Part shown: positions 1 through 15,000 of the stretch, one piece after another | How positions within the stretch are numbered: position 1 is the first letter of the stretch | Layout: each line of letters opens with the position of its first letter | NCBI GenBank assembly: GCA_026770705.1 | Contig: JANJGN010000016.1 | Span: 87,544,001-87,608,000, forward strand | DNA from: Isurus oxyrinchus | Taxonomy: Eukaryota | Length of the DNA stretch: 64,000 nucleotides | Reading direction: 5' to 3' | Translations under genes and position numbers: made by a program | The notes under the pieces: generated by a model | Told to the model about the DNA's origin: nothing | Database searches by the model: none | What the model saw: only the letters and a program-made list of their open reading frames with translations

Positions 1-3000
1 CACTTCACAATCCAGTCTGTGTACTCAGGTACACCACACTTCGCAATCCAGTCTGTGTACTCAGGTACATCACACTTTGCAATCCAGTCTGTGTACTCAG
101 GTACATCACACTTCACAATCCAGTCTGTGTACTCAGGTACACCACACTTCACAATCCAGTCTGTGTACTCAGGTACACCACACTTCACAATCCAGTCTGT
201 GTACTCAGGTACACCACACTTCACAATCCAGTCTGTGTACTCAGGTACATCACACTTCACAATCCAGTCTGTGTACTCAGGTACACCACACTTCACAATC
301 CAGTCTCTGTACTCCGGTACATCACACTTCACAATCCAGTCTGTGAACTCAGTTACATCACATTTCACAATCCAGTCTGTGTACTCACGTACATCACACT
401 TCAAAATCCAGTCTGTGTACTCAGGTACACCACACTTCACAATCAATTCTGTCTACTCAGTTACATCACACTTCACAATCCAGTCTGTGTACTCAGGTAC
501 ATCACACTTCACAATCCAGTCTGTGCACTCAGGTTCATCACACTTCACAATCCAGTCTGTATACTCAGGTACATCACACTTCACAATCCAGTCTGTGTAC
601 TCAGGTACATCACACTTCACAATCCATTCTGTGTACTGAGGTATATTACACTTCACAATCCTGTCTGTGTACTCAGGTATATTACACTTCACAATCCAGT
701 CTGTGTACTAAGGTACATCACACTTAACAATCCAGTCTGTGTACTCAGGTACATCACACTTCACAATCCAGTCTGTGTGCTCAGGTACATCACATTTCAC
801 AATCCAGTCTTTGTACTCAGGTACATCACACTTCACAATCCAGTGTCTGTACTCAGGTACATCACACTTCACAATCCAGTCAGTGTACTCAGGTACATCA
901 CACTTCACAATCCAGTCTGTATACTCAGGTACATCACATTTCACAATCCAGTCTGTGTACTCAGGTACATCACATTTCACAATCCAGTCTGTGTACTCAG
1001 GTACACCACACTTCACAATCCAGTCTGTGTACTCAGGTACATCACACTTCACAATCCAGTCTGTGTACTCAGGTACATTACACTTTACAATCCAGTCTGT
1101 GTACTCAGGTACATCACACTTCACAATACAGTGTGTGTACTCAGGTACATTACACTTCACAATCCAGTCTGTGTACTCAGGTACATCACACTTCACAATC
1201 CAGTCTGTGTACTCGGGTACATCACACTTAACAATCCAGTCTGTGTACTCAGGTACATCACAATTCACAATCCAATCTGTGTACTCAGGTACATCACACT
1301 TCACAATCCAGTCTGTGTACTCAGGTACATCACACTTCACAATCCAGTGTCTGTACTCAAGTACATCACACTTCACAATCCAGTCAGTGTACTCAGGTAC
1401 ACCACACTTCACAATCCAGTCTGTGTACTCAGGTACATCACACTTCACAATCCAGTCTTTGTACTCAGGTACATCACACTTCACAATCAAGTGTCTGTAT
1501 TCAGGTACATCACACTTCACAATCCAGTCAGTGTACTCAGGTACACCACACTTCACAATCCAGTCTGTGCACTCAGGTACATCACACTTCACAATCCAGT
1601 CTGTGTACTCAGGTACATCACACTTTACAATCCAGTCTGTGTACTCAGGTACATCACACTTCACAATCCAGTCTGTATACTCAGGAACACCACACTTCAC
1701 AATCCAGTCTGTGTACTCAGGTACACCACACTTCGCAATCCAGTCTGTGTACTCAGGTACATCACACTTTGCAATCCAGTCTGTGTACTCAGGTACACCA
1801 CACTTCACAATCCAGTGTGTGTACTCAGGTACAACACGCATCACAATCCAGTCTGTGTATTCAGGTACATCACAATTCACAATCCAGTCTGTGTACTCAG
1901 GTACATCACACTTCACAATCCGGTCTGTGTACTCAGGTACATCACATTTCACAATCCAGTCTGTGTACTCACGTACACCACACTTCACAATCCAGTCTGT
2001 GTACTCACGTACATCACACTTCAAAATCCAGTCTGTGTACTCAGGTACATCACGCTTCACAATCCAGTCTGTGTACTCAGGTACATCACACTTCACAATC
2101 CAGTCTGTATAATCAGGTACATCACATTTCACAATCCAGTCTGTGTACTCAGGTACATCACATTTCACAATCCAGTCTGTGTACTCAGGTACACCACACT
2201 TCACAATCCAGTTTGTGTACTCAGGTACATCACACTTCACAATCCAGTCTGTGTACTCAGGTACACCACACTTCACAATCCAGTCTCTGTACTCAGGTAC
2301 ATCACACTTCACAATCCAGTCTGTGAACTCAGTTACATCACATTTCACAATCCAGTCTGTGTACTCACGTATATCACACTTCAAAATCCAGTCTGTGTAC
2401 TCAGGTACACCACACTTCACAATCAATTCTGTCTACTCAGTTACATCACACTTCACAATCCAGTCTGTGTACTCAGGTACATCACACTTCACAATCCAGT
2501 CTGTGTACTCAGGTGCATCACACTTCACAATCCATTCTGTGTACTCAGGTATATTACACTTCACAATCCTGTCTGTGTACTCAGGTATATTACACTTCAC
2601 AATGCAGTCTGTGTACTCAGGTACATCACACTTAACAATCCAGTCTGTGTACTCAGGTACATCACACTTCACAATCCAGTCTGTATACTCATATACATCA
2701 CACTTCACAATCCAGTCTGTGAACTCAGTTACATCACATTTCACAATCCAGTCTGTGTACTCACGTACATCACACTTCAAAATCCAGTCTGTGTACTCAG
2801 GTACATCACACTTCACAATCCAGTCTGTATACTCAGGTACACCACACATCACAATCCAGGCTGTGTACTCAGGTACACCACATTTCACAATCCAGTCTGT
2901 GTACTCAGGTACATCACACTTTGCAATCCAGTCTGTGTACTCAGGTACACCACACTTCACAATCCAGTGTGTGTACTCAGGTACATCACACTTCACAATC

Positions 3001-6000
3001 CAGTCTGTGTACTCAGGTACATCACACTTCACAATACAGTGTGTGTACTCAGGTACATTACACTTCACAATCCAGTCTGTGTACTCAGGTACATCACACT
3101 TCACAATCCAGTCTGTGTACTCAGGTACATTACACTTCACAATCCAGTGTGTGTACTCAGGTACATCACACTTCACAATCCAGTCTGTGTACTCAGGCAC
3201 ATTAAACTTCACAATCCAGTCTGTGTACTCAGGTACATCACGCTTCACAATCCAGTCTGTGTACTCGGGTACATCACACTTAACAATCCAGTCTGTGTAC
3301 TCAGGTACATCACACTTCACAATCCAGTCTGTGTACTCAGGTACATCACATTTCACAATCCAGTCTGTGTACTCAGGTACATCACACTTCACAATCCAGT
3401 CTGTGAACTCAGTTACATCACACTTCACAATCCAGACTGTGTACTCAGTTACATCACACTTCACAATTCAGTCTGTGTACTCAGGTACATCACACTTCAC
3501 AATCCAGTCTGTGTACTCAGGTACATCACACGTCACAATCCACTCTGAGTACTCAGGTACATCACACTTCACAATCCAGTCCGTGTACTCAGTTATATCA
3601 CACCTCAGAATCCAGTCTGTGTACTCAAATACATCACAGTTCACAGTCCAGTCAGTGTATTCAGATACATTACAATTCACAATTCAGTCTGTGTACCCAG
3701 GTACATTACACTTCACAATCCAGTCTGTGTACTCAGGTACATCACACTTCACAATCCAGTCTGTGTACTCAGGTACATCACACTTCACAATCCAGTGTGT
3801 GTACTCAGGTACATCACGCTTCACAATCCAGTCTGTGTATTCAGGTACATCACAATTCACAATCCAGTCTGTGTACTAAGGTACATCACACTTAACAATC
3901 CAGTCTGTGTTCTCAGGTACATCACACTTCACAATCCAGTCTGTGTGCTCAGGTACATCACACTTCACAATCCAGTCTGTGTACTCAGGTACATCACACT
4001 TCACAATCCAGTGTCTGTACTCAGGTACATCACACTTCACAATCCAGTCAGTGTACTCAGGTACATCACACTTCACAATCCAGTCTGTATACTCAGGTAC
4101 ATCACATTTCACAATCCAGTCTGTGTACTAAGGTACATCACACTTAACAATCCAGTCTGTGTTCTCAGGTACATCACACTTCACAATCCAGTCTGTGTGC
4201 TCAGGTACATCACACTTCACAATCCAGTCTGTGTACTCAGGTACATCACACTTCACAATCCAGTGTCTGTACTCAGGTACATCACACTTCACAATCCAGT
4301 CAGTGTACTCAGGTACATCACACTTCACAATCCAGTCTGTATACTCAGGTACATCACATTTCACAATCCAGTCTGTGTACTCAGGTACATCACATTTCAC
4401 AATCCAGTCTGTGTACTCAGGTACACCACACTTCACAATCCAGTCTGTGTACTCAGGTACATCACACTTCACAATCCAGTCTCTGTACTCAGGTACATCA
4501 CACTTCACAATCCAGTCTGTGAACTCAGTTACATCACATTTCACAATCCAGTCTGTGCACTCACGTACATCACACTTCAAAATCCAGTCTGTGTACTCAG
4601 GTACACCACACTTCACAATCAATTCTGTCTACTCAGTTACATCACACTTCACAATCCAGTCTGTGTACTCAGGTACATCACACTTCACAATCCAGTCTGT
4701 GTACTCAGGTACATCACACTTCACAATCCATTCTGTGTACTCAGGTATATTACACTTCACAATACTGTCTGTGTACTCAGGTATATTACACTTCACAATC
4801 TAGTCTGTGTACTCAGGTACATCACACTTATCAATCCAGTCTGTGTACTCAGGTACATCACACTTCACAATCCAGTCTGTATACTCATATACATCACACT
4901 TCACAATCCAGTCTGTGAACTCAGTTACATCACATTTCACAATCCAGTCTGTGTACTCACGTACATCACACTTCAAAATCCAGTCTGTGTACTCAGGTAC
5001 ATCACACTTCACAATCAATTCTGTCTACTCAGTTACATCACACTTCACAATCCAGTCTGTATACTCAGGAACACCACACTTCACAATCCAGTCTGTGTAC
5101 TCAGGTACACCACATTTCACAATCCAGTCTGTGTACTCAGGAACATCACACTTCACAATCCAGTCTGTGTACTCAGGTACACCACACTTCACAATCCAGT
5201 GTGTGTACTCAGGTACATCACACTTCACAATCCAGTCTGTGTACTCAGGTACATCACACTTCACAATACAGTGTGTGTACTCAGGTACATTACACTTCAC
5301 AATCCAGTCTGTGTACTCAGGTACATCACGCTTCACAATCCAGTCTGTGTACTCGGGTACATCACACTTAACAATCCAGTCTGTGTACTCAGGTACATCA
5401 CACTTCACAATCCAGTCTGTGTACTCAGGTACATCACACTTTGCAATCCAGTCTGTGTACTCAGGTACATCACACTTCACAATCCAGTGTCTGTACTCAG
5501 GTACATCACACTTCACAATCCAGTGTGTGTACTCAGGTACATCACGCTTCACAATCCAGTCTGTGTATTCAGGTACATCACAATTCACAATCCAGTCTGT
5601 GTACTCAGGTACATCACACTTCACAATCCAGTCTGTGTACTCAGGTACATCACACTTCACAATCCAGTCTGTGTACTCAGGTACATCACATTTCACAATC
5701 CAGTCTGTGTACTCAGGTACATCACACTTCACAATCCAGTCTGTGAACTCAGTTACATCACACTTCACAATCCAGACTGTGTACTCAGTTACATCACACT
5801 TCACAATTCAGTCTGTGTACTCAGGTACATCACACTTCACAATCCAGTCTGTGTACTCAGGTACATCACACTTCACAATCCACTCTGAGTACTCAGGTAC
5901 ATCACACTTCACAATCCAGTCTGTGTACTCAGTTATATCACACCTCAGAATCCAGTCTGTGTACTCAAATACATCACAGTTCACAGTCCAGTCAGTGTAT

Positions 6001-9000
6001 TCAGATACATTACAATTCACAATTCAGTCTGTGTACCCAGGAACATCACACTTCACAATCCAGTGTGTGTACTCAGGTACATCACACTTCACAATCCAGT
6101 CTGTGTACTGAGGTACATCACACTTCACAATCCTGTCTGTGTACTCAGGTACATCATATTTCACAATCCAGTCTGTGTAATCAGGTACATCACACTTCAC
6201 AATCCAGTCTGTGTACTCAGGTACATCACACTTAACAATCCAGTCTGTGTACTCAGGTAGATCACACTTCACAATCCAGTCTGTGTACTCAGGTACATCA
6301 CACTTCACAATCCAGTCTGTGTACTCAGGTACATCACACTTCACAATCGAGTGTCTGTACTCAGGTACATCACACTTCACAATCCAGTCAGTGTACTCAG
6401 GTACATCACACTTCACAATCCAGTCTGTGTACTCAGGTACACCACACATCACAATCCACTCTGTGTACTCAGGTACATCACACTTCACAATCCAGTCTGT
6501 GTACTCAGGTACATCACACTTTACAATCCAGTCTGTGTACTCAGGTACATCACACTTCACAATCCAGTCTGTATACTCAGGAACACCACACTTCACAATC
6601 CAGTCTGTGTACTCAGGTACACCACACTTCGCAATCCAGTCTGTGTACTCAGGTACATCACACTTTGCAATCCAGTCTGTGTACTCAGGTACATCACACT
6701 TCACTATCCAGTCTGTGTACTCAGGTACACCACACTTCACAATCCAGTCTGTGTACTCAGGTACACCACACTTCACAATCCAGTCTGTGTACTCAGGTAC
6801 ACCACACTTCACAATCCAGTCTGTGTACTCAGGTACATCACACTTCACAATCCAGTCTGTGTACTCAGGTACACCAAACTTCACAATCCAGTCTCTGTAC
6901 TCCGGTACATCACACTTCACAATCCAGTCTGTGAACTCAGTTACATCACATTTCACAATCCAGTCTGTGTACTCACGTACATCACACTTCAAAATCCAGT
7001 CTGTGTACTCAGGTACACCACACTTCACAATCAATTCTGTCTACTCAGTTACATCACACTTCACAATCCAGTCTGTGTACTCAGGTACATCACACTTCAC
7101 AATCCAGTCTGTGCACTCAGGTTCATCACACTTCACAATCCAGTCTGTATACTCAGGTACATCACACTTCACAATCCAGTCAGTGTACTCAGGTACATCA
7201 CACTTCACAATCCATTCTGTGTACTGAGGTATATTACACTTCACAATCCTGTCTGTGTACTCAGGTATATTACACTTCACAATCCAGTCTGTGTACTAAG
7301 GTACATCACACTTAACAATCCAGTCTGTGTACTCAGGTACATCACACTTCACAATCCAGTCTGTGTGCTCAGGTACATCACATTTCACAATCCAGTCTTT
7401 GTACTCAGGTACATCACACTTCACAATCCAGTGTCTGTACTCAGGTACATCACACTTCACAATCCAGTCAGTGTACTCAGGTACATCACACTTCACAATC
7501 CAGTCTGTATACTCAGGTACATCACATTTCACAATCCACTCTGTGTACTCAGGTACATCACATTTCACAATCCAGTCTGTGTACTCAGGTACACCACACT
7601 TCACAATCCAGTCTGTGTACTCAGGTACATCACACTTCACAATCCAGTCTGTGTACTCAGGTACATTACACTTTACAATCCAGTCTGTGTACTCAGGTAC
7701 ATCACACTTCACAATACAGTGTGTGTACTCAGGTACATTACACTTCACAATCCAGTCTGTGTACTCAGGTACATCACACTTCACAATCCAGTCTGTGTAC
7801 TCGGGTACATCACACTTAACAATCCAGTCTGTGTACTCAGGTACATCACACTTCACAATCCAGTCTGTGTACTCAGGTACATCACACTTCACAATCCAGT
7901 GTCTGTACTCAGGTACATCACACTTCACAATCCAGTCAGTGTACTCAGGTACACCACACTTCACAATCCAGTCTGTGTACTCAGGTACATCACACTTCAC
8001 AATCCAGTCTTTGTACTCAGGTACATCACACTTCACAATCAAGTGTCTGTATTCAGGTACATCACACTTCACAATCCAGTCAGTGTACTCAGGTACACCA
8101 CACTTCACAATCCAGTCTGTGCACTCAGGTACATCACACTTCACAATCCAGTCTGTGTACTCAGGTACATCACACTTTACAATCCAGTCTGTGTACTCAG
8201 GTACATCACACTTCACAATCCAGTCTGTATACTCAGGAACACCACACTTCACAATCCAGTCTGTGTACTCAGGTACACCACACTTCGCAATCCAGTCTGT
8301 GTACTCAGGTACATCACACTTTGCAATCCAGTCTGTGTACTCAGGTACACCACACTTCACAATCCAGTGTGTGTACTCAGGTACATCACGCATCACAATC
8401 CAGTCTGTGTATTCAGGTACATCACAATTCACAATCCAGTCTGTGTACTCAGGTACATCACACTTCACAATCCCTTCTGTGTACTCAGGTACATCACACT
8501 TCACAATCCAGTCTGTGTACTCACGTACACCACACTTCACAATCCAGTCTGTGTACTCACGTACATCACACTTCAAAATCCAGTCTGTGTACTCAGGAAC
8601 ATCACACTTCTCAATCCAGTCTGTGTACTCAGTTACATCACACTTCAAAATCCAGTCTGTGTACTCAGGAACACCACACTTCACAATCCAGTCTGTGTAC
8701 TCAGGTACACCACACTTCACAATCCAGTCTGTGTACTCAGGTACATCACACTTTGCAATCCAGTCTGTGTACTCAGGTACGCCACACTTCACAATCCAGT
8801 GTGTGTACTCAGGTACATCACGCTTCACAATCCAGTCTGTGTACTCAGGTACATCACACTTCACAATCCAGTGTCTGTACTCAGGTACATCACACTTCAC
8901 AATCCAGTCAGTGTACTCAGGTACATCACACTTCACAATCCAGTCTGTGTACTCAGGTACACCACACTTCACAATCCAGTCTGTGTACTCAGGTACATCA

Positions 9001-12000
9001 CACTTCACAATCCAGTGTCTGTACCCAGGTACATCACACTTCACAATCCAGTCAGTGTACTCAGGTACATCACACTTCACAATTCAGTCTGTGTACTCAG
9101 GAACACCACACTTCACAATCCAGTCTGTGTACTCAGGTACATCACACTTCACAATCCAGTCTGTGAACTCAGTTACATCACATTTCACAATCCAGTCTGT
9201 GTACTCACGTACATCACACTTCAAAATCCAGTCTGTGTACTCAGGTACATCACACTTCACAATCCAGTCTGTGAAGTCAGTTACATCACATTTCACAATC
9301 CAGTCTGTGTACTCACGTACATCACACATCACAATCCAGTCTGTGTCCTCAGGTACACCACACTTCACAATCAATTCTGTCTACTCAGTTACATCACACT
9401 TCACAATCCAGTCTGTGTACTCAGGTACATCACACTTCACAATCCAGTCTGGGTACTCAGGTTCATCACACTTTACAATCCAGTCTGTGTACTCAGGTAC
9501 ATCACACTTCACAATCCAGTCTGTGTACTCAAGTACATCACACTTCACAATCCAGTCTGTGTACTCAGGTACATCACACTTCACAATCCATTCTGTGTAC
9601 TCAGGTATATTACACTTCACAATCCTGTCTGTGTACTCAGGTATATTACACTTCACAATCCAGTCTGTGTACTCAGGTACATCACACTTAACAATCCAGT
9701 CTGTGCACTCAGGTACATCACACTTCACAATCCAGTCTGTGTGCTCAGGTACATCACACTTCACAATCCAGTCTGTGTACTCAGGTACATCACACTTCAC
9801 AATCCAGTGACTGTACTCAGGTACATCACACTTCACAATCCAGTCAGTGTACTCAGGTACATCACACTTCACAATCCAGTCTGTATACTCAGGTACATCA
9901 TATTTCACAATCCAGTCTGTGTACTCAGGTACATCACATTTCACAATCCTGTCTGTGTACTCAGGTACACCACACTTCACAATCCAGTCTGTGTACTCAG
10001 GTACATCACACTTCACAATCCAGTCTGTGTACTCAGGTACACCACACTTCACAATCCAGTCTGTGTACTCAGGTACATCACACTTCACAATCCAGTCTGT
10101 GTACTCAGGTACATCACACTTCACAATCCAGTCAGTGTACTCAGGTACATCACACTTCACAATCCAGTCTGTGTACTCAGGTACACCACACTTCACAATC
10201 CAGACTGTGTACTCAGGTACATCACACTTCACAATCCAGTCTCTATACTCAGGTACAACACATTTCACAATCCAGTCTGTGTACTCAGGTACATCACATT
10301 TCACAATCCAGTCTGTGTACTCAGGTACACCACACTTCACAATCCAGTCTGTGAACTCAGGTACATCACACTTCACAATCCAGTCTGTGTACTCAGATAC
10401 ACCACACTTCACAATCCAGTCTGTGTACTCAGGTACATCACACTTCACAATCCAGTCTGTGTACTCAGGTACATCACACTTCACAATCCAGTCTGTGTAC
10501 TCAGATACACCACACTTCACAATCCAGTGTGTGTACTCAGGTACATCGCGCTTCACAATCCAGTCTGTGTATTCAGGTACATCACAATTCACAATCCAGT
10601 CTGTGTACTCAGGTACATCAGACTTCACAATCCAGACTGTGTACTCAGGTACATCACACTTCACAATCCAGTCCTTGTACTCAGTTACATCACACTTCAC
10701 AATCCAGTCTGTGTACTCAGGTACATCACACTTAACAATCCAGTCTGTGTACTCAGGTACATCACACTTCACAATCCTGTCTGTGTACTCAGGTACATCA
10801 CACTTCACAATCCAGTCTGTGTACTCAGGTACATCACACTTAACAATCCAGTCTGTGTACTCATGTACATCACACTTCACAATCCAGTCAGTGTACTCAG
10901 GTACATCACACTTCACAATCCAGTCTGTGTACTCAGGTACACCACACTTCACAATCCAGTCTGTGTACTCAGGTACATCACACTTCACAATCCAGTCTGT
11001 GTACTCAGGTACATCACACTTTACAATCCAGTCTGTGTACTCAGGTACATCACACTTCACAATCCAGTCTGTATACTCAGGAACACCACACTTCACAATC
11101 CAGTCTGTATACTCCGGTACACCACACTTCGCAATCCAGTCTGTGTACTCAGGTACATCACACTTTGCAATCCAGTCTGTGTACTCAGGTACACCACACT
11201 TCACAATCCAGTGTGTGTACTCAGGTACATCACGCTTCACAATCCATTCTGTGTATTCAGGTACATCACAATTCACAATCCAGTCTGTGTACTCAGGTAC
11301 ATCACACTTCACAATCCAGTCTGTGTACTCAGGTACATCACACTTCACAATCCAGTCTGTGTACTCAAGTACATCACACTTCACAATCCAGTCTGTATAC
11401 TCAGATACATCACACTCCACAGTCCAGTCTGTGTACTCAGTTACATCACATTTCACAATCCAGTCTGTGTACTCACGTACATCACACTTCAAAATCCAGT
11501 CTGTGTACTCAGGTACATCACACTTCACAATCAATTCTGTATACTCAGTTACATCACACTTCACAATCCAGTCTGTGTACTCAGGTCATCCACACTTGAC
11601 AATCCAGTCTGTGTACTCAGGTACATCACACTTTGCAATCCAGTCTGTGTACTCAGGTACACCACACTTCACAATCCAGTGTGTGTACTCAGGTACATCA
11701 CGCTTCACAATCCAGTCTGTGTATTCAGGTACATCACAATTCACAATCCAGTCTGTGTGCTCAGGTACATCACACTTCACAATGCAGTCTGTGTACTCAG
11801 GTACATCACACTTTACAATCCAGTCTGTGTACTCAGGTACATCACACTTCACAATCCAGTCTGTATACTCAGGAACACCACACTTCACAATCCAGTCTGT
11901 GTACTCAGGTACACCACACTTCGCAATCCAGTCTGTGTACTCAGGTACATCACACTTTGCAATCCAGTCTGTGTACTCAGGTACATCACACTTCACAATC

Positions 12001-15000
12001 CAGTCTGTGTACTCAGGTACACCACACTTCACAATCCAGTCTGTGTACTCAGGTACACCACACTTCACAATCCAGTCTGTGTACTCAGGTACACCACACT
12101 TCACAATCCAGTCTGTGTACTCAGGTACATCACACTTCACAATCCAGTCTGTGTACTCAGGTACACCAAACTTCACAATCCAGTCTCTGTACTCCGGTAC
12201 ATCACACTTCACAATCCAGTCTGTGAACTCAGTTACATCACATTTCACAATCCAGTCTGTGTACTCACGTACATCACACTTCAAAATCCAGTCTGTGTAC
12301 TCAGGTACACCACACTTCACAATCAATTCTGTCTACTCAGTTACATCACACTTCACAATCCAGTCTGTGTACTCAGGTACATCACACTTCACAATCCAGT
12401 CTGTGCACTCAGGTTCATCACACTTCACAATCCAGTCTGTATACTCAGGTACATCACACTTCACAATCCAGTCAGTGTACTCAGGTACATCACACTTCAC
12501 AATCCATTCTGTGTACTGAGGTATATCACACTTCACAATCCTGTCTGTGTGCTCAGGTACATCACATTTCACAATCCAGTCTTTGTACTCAGGTACATCA
12601 CACTTCACAATCCAGTGTCTGTACTCAGGTACATCACACTTCACAATCCAGTCAGTGTACTCAGGTACATCACACTTCACAATCCAGTATACTCAGGTAC
12701 ATCACATTTCACAATCCAGTCTGTGTACTCAGGTACATCACATTTCACAATCCAGTCTGTGTACTCAGGTACACCACACTTCACAATCCAGTCTGTGTAC
12801 TCAGGTACATCACACTTCACAATCCAGTCTGTGTACTCAGGGACATTACACTTTACAATCCAGTCTGTGTACTCAGGTACATCACACTTCACAATACAGT
12901 GTGTGTACTCAGGTACATTACACTTCACAATCCAGTCTGTGTACTCAGGTACATCACACTTCACAATCCAGTCTGTGTACTCGGGTACATCACACTTAAC
13001 AATCCAGTCTGTGTACTCAGGTACATCACAATTCACAATCCAATCTGTGTACTCAGGTACATCACACTTCACAATCCAGTCTGTGTACTCAGGTACATCA
13101 CACTTCACAATCCAGTGTCTGTACTCAGGTACATCACACTTCACAATCCAGTCAGTGTACTCAGGTACACCACACTTCACAATCCAGTCTGTGTACTCAG
13201 GTACATCACACTTCACAATCCAGTCTTTGTACTCAGGTACATCACACTTCACAATCAAGTGTCTGTATTCAGGTACATCACACTTCACAATCCAGTCAGT
13301 GTACTCAGGTACACCACACTTCACAATCCAGTCTGTGCACTCAGGTACATCACACTTCACAATCCAGTCTGTGTACTCAGGTACATCACTCTTTACAATC
13401 CAGTCTGTGTACTCAGGTACATCACACTTCACAATCCAGTCTGTATACTCAGGAACACCACACTTCACAATCCAGTCTGTGTACTCAGGTACACCACACT
13501 TCGCAATCCAGTCTGTGTACTCAGGTACATCACACTTTGCAATCCAGTCTGTGTACTCAGGTACACCACACTTCACAATCCAGTGTGTGTACTCAGGTAC
13601 ATCACGCATCACAATCCAGTCTGTGTATTCAGGTACATCACAATTCACAATCCAGTCTGTGTACTCAGGTACATCACACTTCACAATCCGGTCTGTGTAC
13701 TCAGGTACATCACACTTCACAATCCAGTCTGTGTACTCACGTACACCACACTTCACAATCCAGTCTGTGTACTCACGTACATCACACTTCAAAATCCAGT
13801 CTGTGTACTCAGGTACATCACACTTCTCAATCCAGTCTGTGTACTCAGTTACATCACACTTCACAATCCAGTCTGTGTACTCAGGAACACCACACTTCAC
13901 AATCCAGTCTGTGTACTCAGGTACACCACACTTCACAATCCAGTCTGTGTACTCAGGTACATCACACTTTGCAATCCAGTCTGTGTACTCAGGTACGCCA
14001 CACTTCACAATCCAGTGTGTGTACTCAGGTACATCACGCTTCACAATCCAGTCTGTGTACTCAGGTACATCACACTTCACAATCCAGTGTCTGTACTCAG
14101 GTACATCACACTTCACAATCCAGTCAGTGTACTCAGGTACATCACACTTCACAATCCAGTCTGTGTACTCAGGTACACCACACTTCACAATCCAGTCTGT
14201 GTATTCAGGTACATCACAATTCACAATCCAGTCTGTGTACTCAGGTACATCACACTTCACAATTCAGTCTGTGTACTCAGGAACACCACACTTCACAATC
14301 CAGTCTGTGTACTCAGGTACATCACACTTCACAATCCAGTCTGTGAACTCAGTTACATCACATTTCACAATCCAGTCTGTGTACTCACGTACATCACACT
14401 TCAAAATCCAGTCTGTGTACTCAGGTACATCACACTTCACAATCCAGTCTGTGAAGTCAGTTACATCACATTTCACAATCCAGTCTGTGTACTCACGTAC
14501 ATCACACTTCAAAATCCAGTCTGTGTCCTCAGGTACACCACACTTCACAATCAATTCTGTCTACTCAGTTACATCACACTTCACAATCCAGTCTGTGTAC
14601 TCAGGTTCATCACACTTTACAATCCAGTCTGTGAACTCAGGTACATCACACTTCACAATCCAGTCTGTGTACTCAAGTACATCACACTTCACAATCCAGT
14701 CTGTGTACTCAGGTACATCACACTTCACAATCCATTCTGTGTACTCAGGTATATTACACTTCACAATCCTGTCTGTGTACTCAGGTATATTACACTTCAC
14801 AATCCAGTCTGTGTACTCAGGTACATCACACTTAACAATCCAGTCTGTGTACTCAGGTACATCACACTTCACAATCCAGTCTGTGTGCTCAGGTACATCA
14901 CACTTCACAATCCAGTCTGTGTACTCAGGTACATCACACTTCACAATCCAGTCAGTGAACTCAGGTACATCACACTTCACAATCCAGTCTGTATACTCAG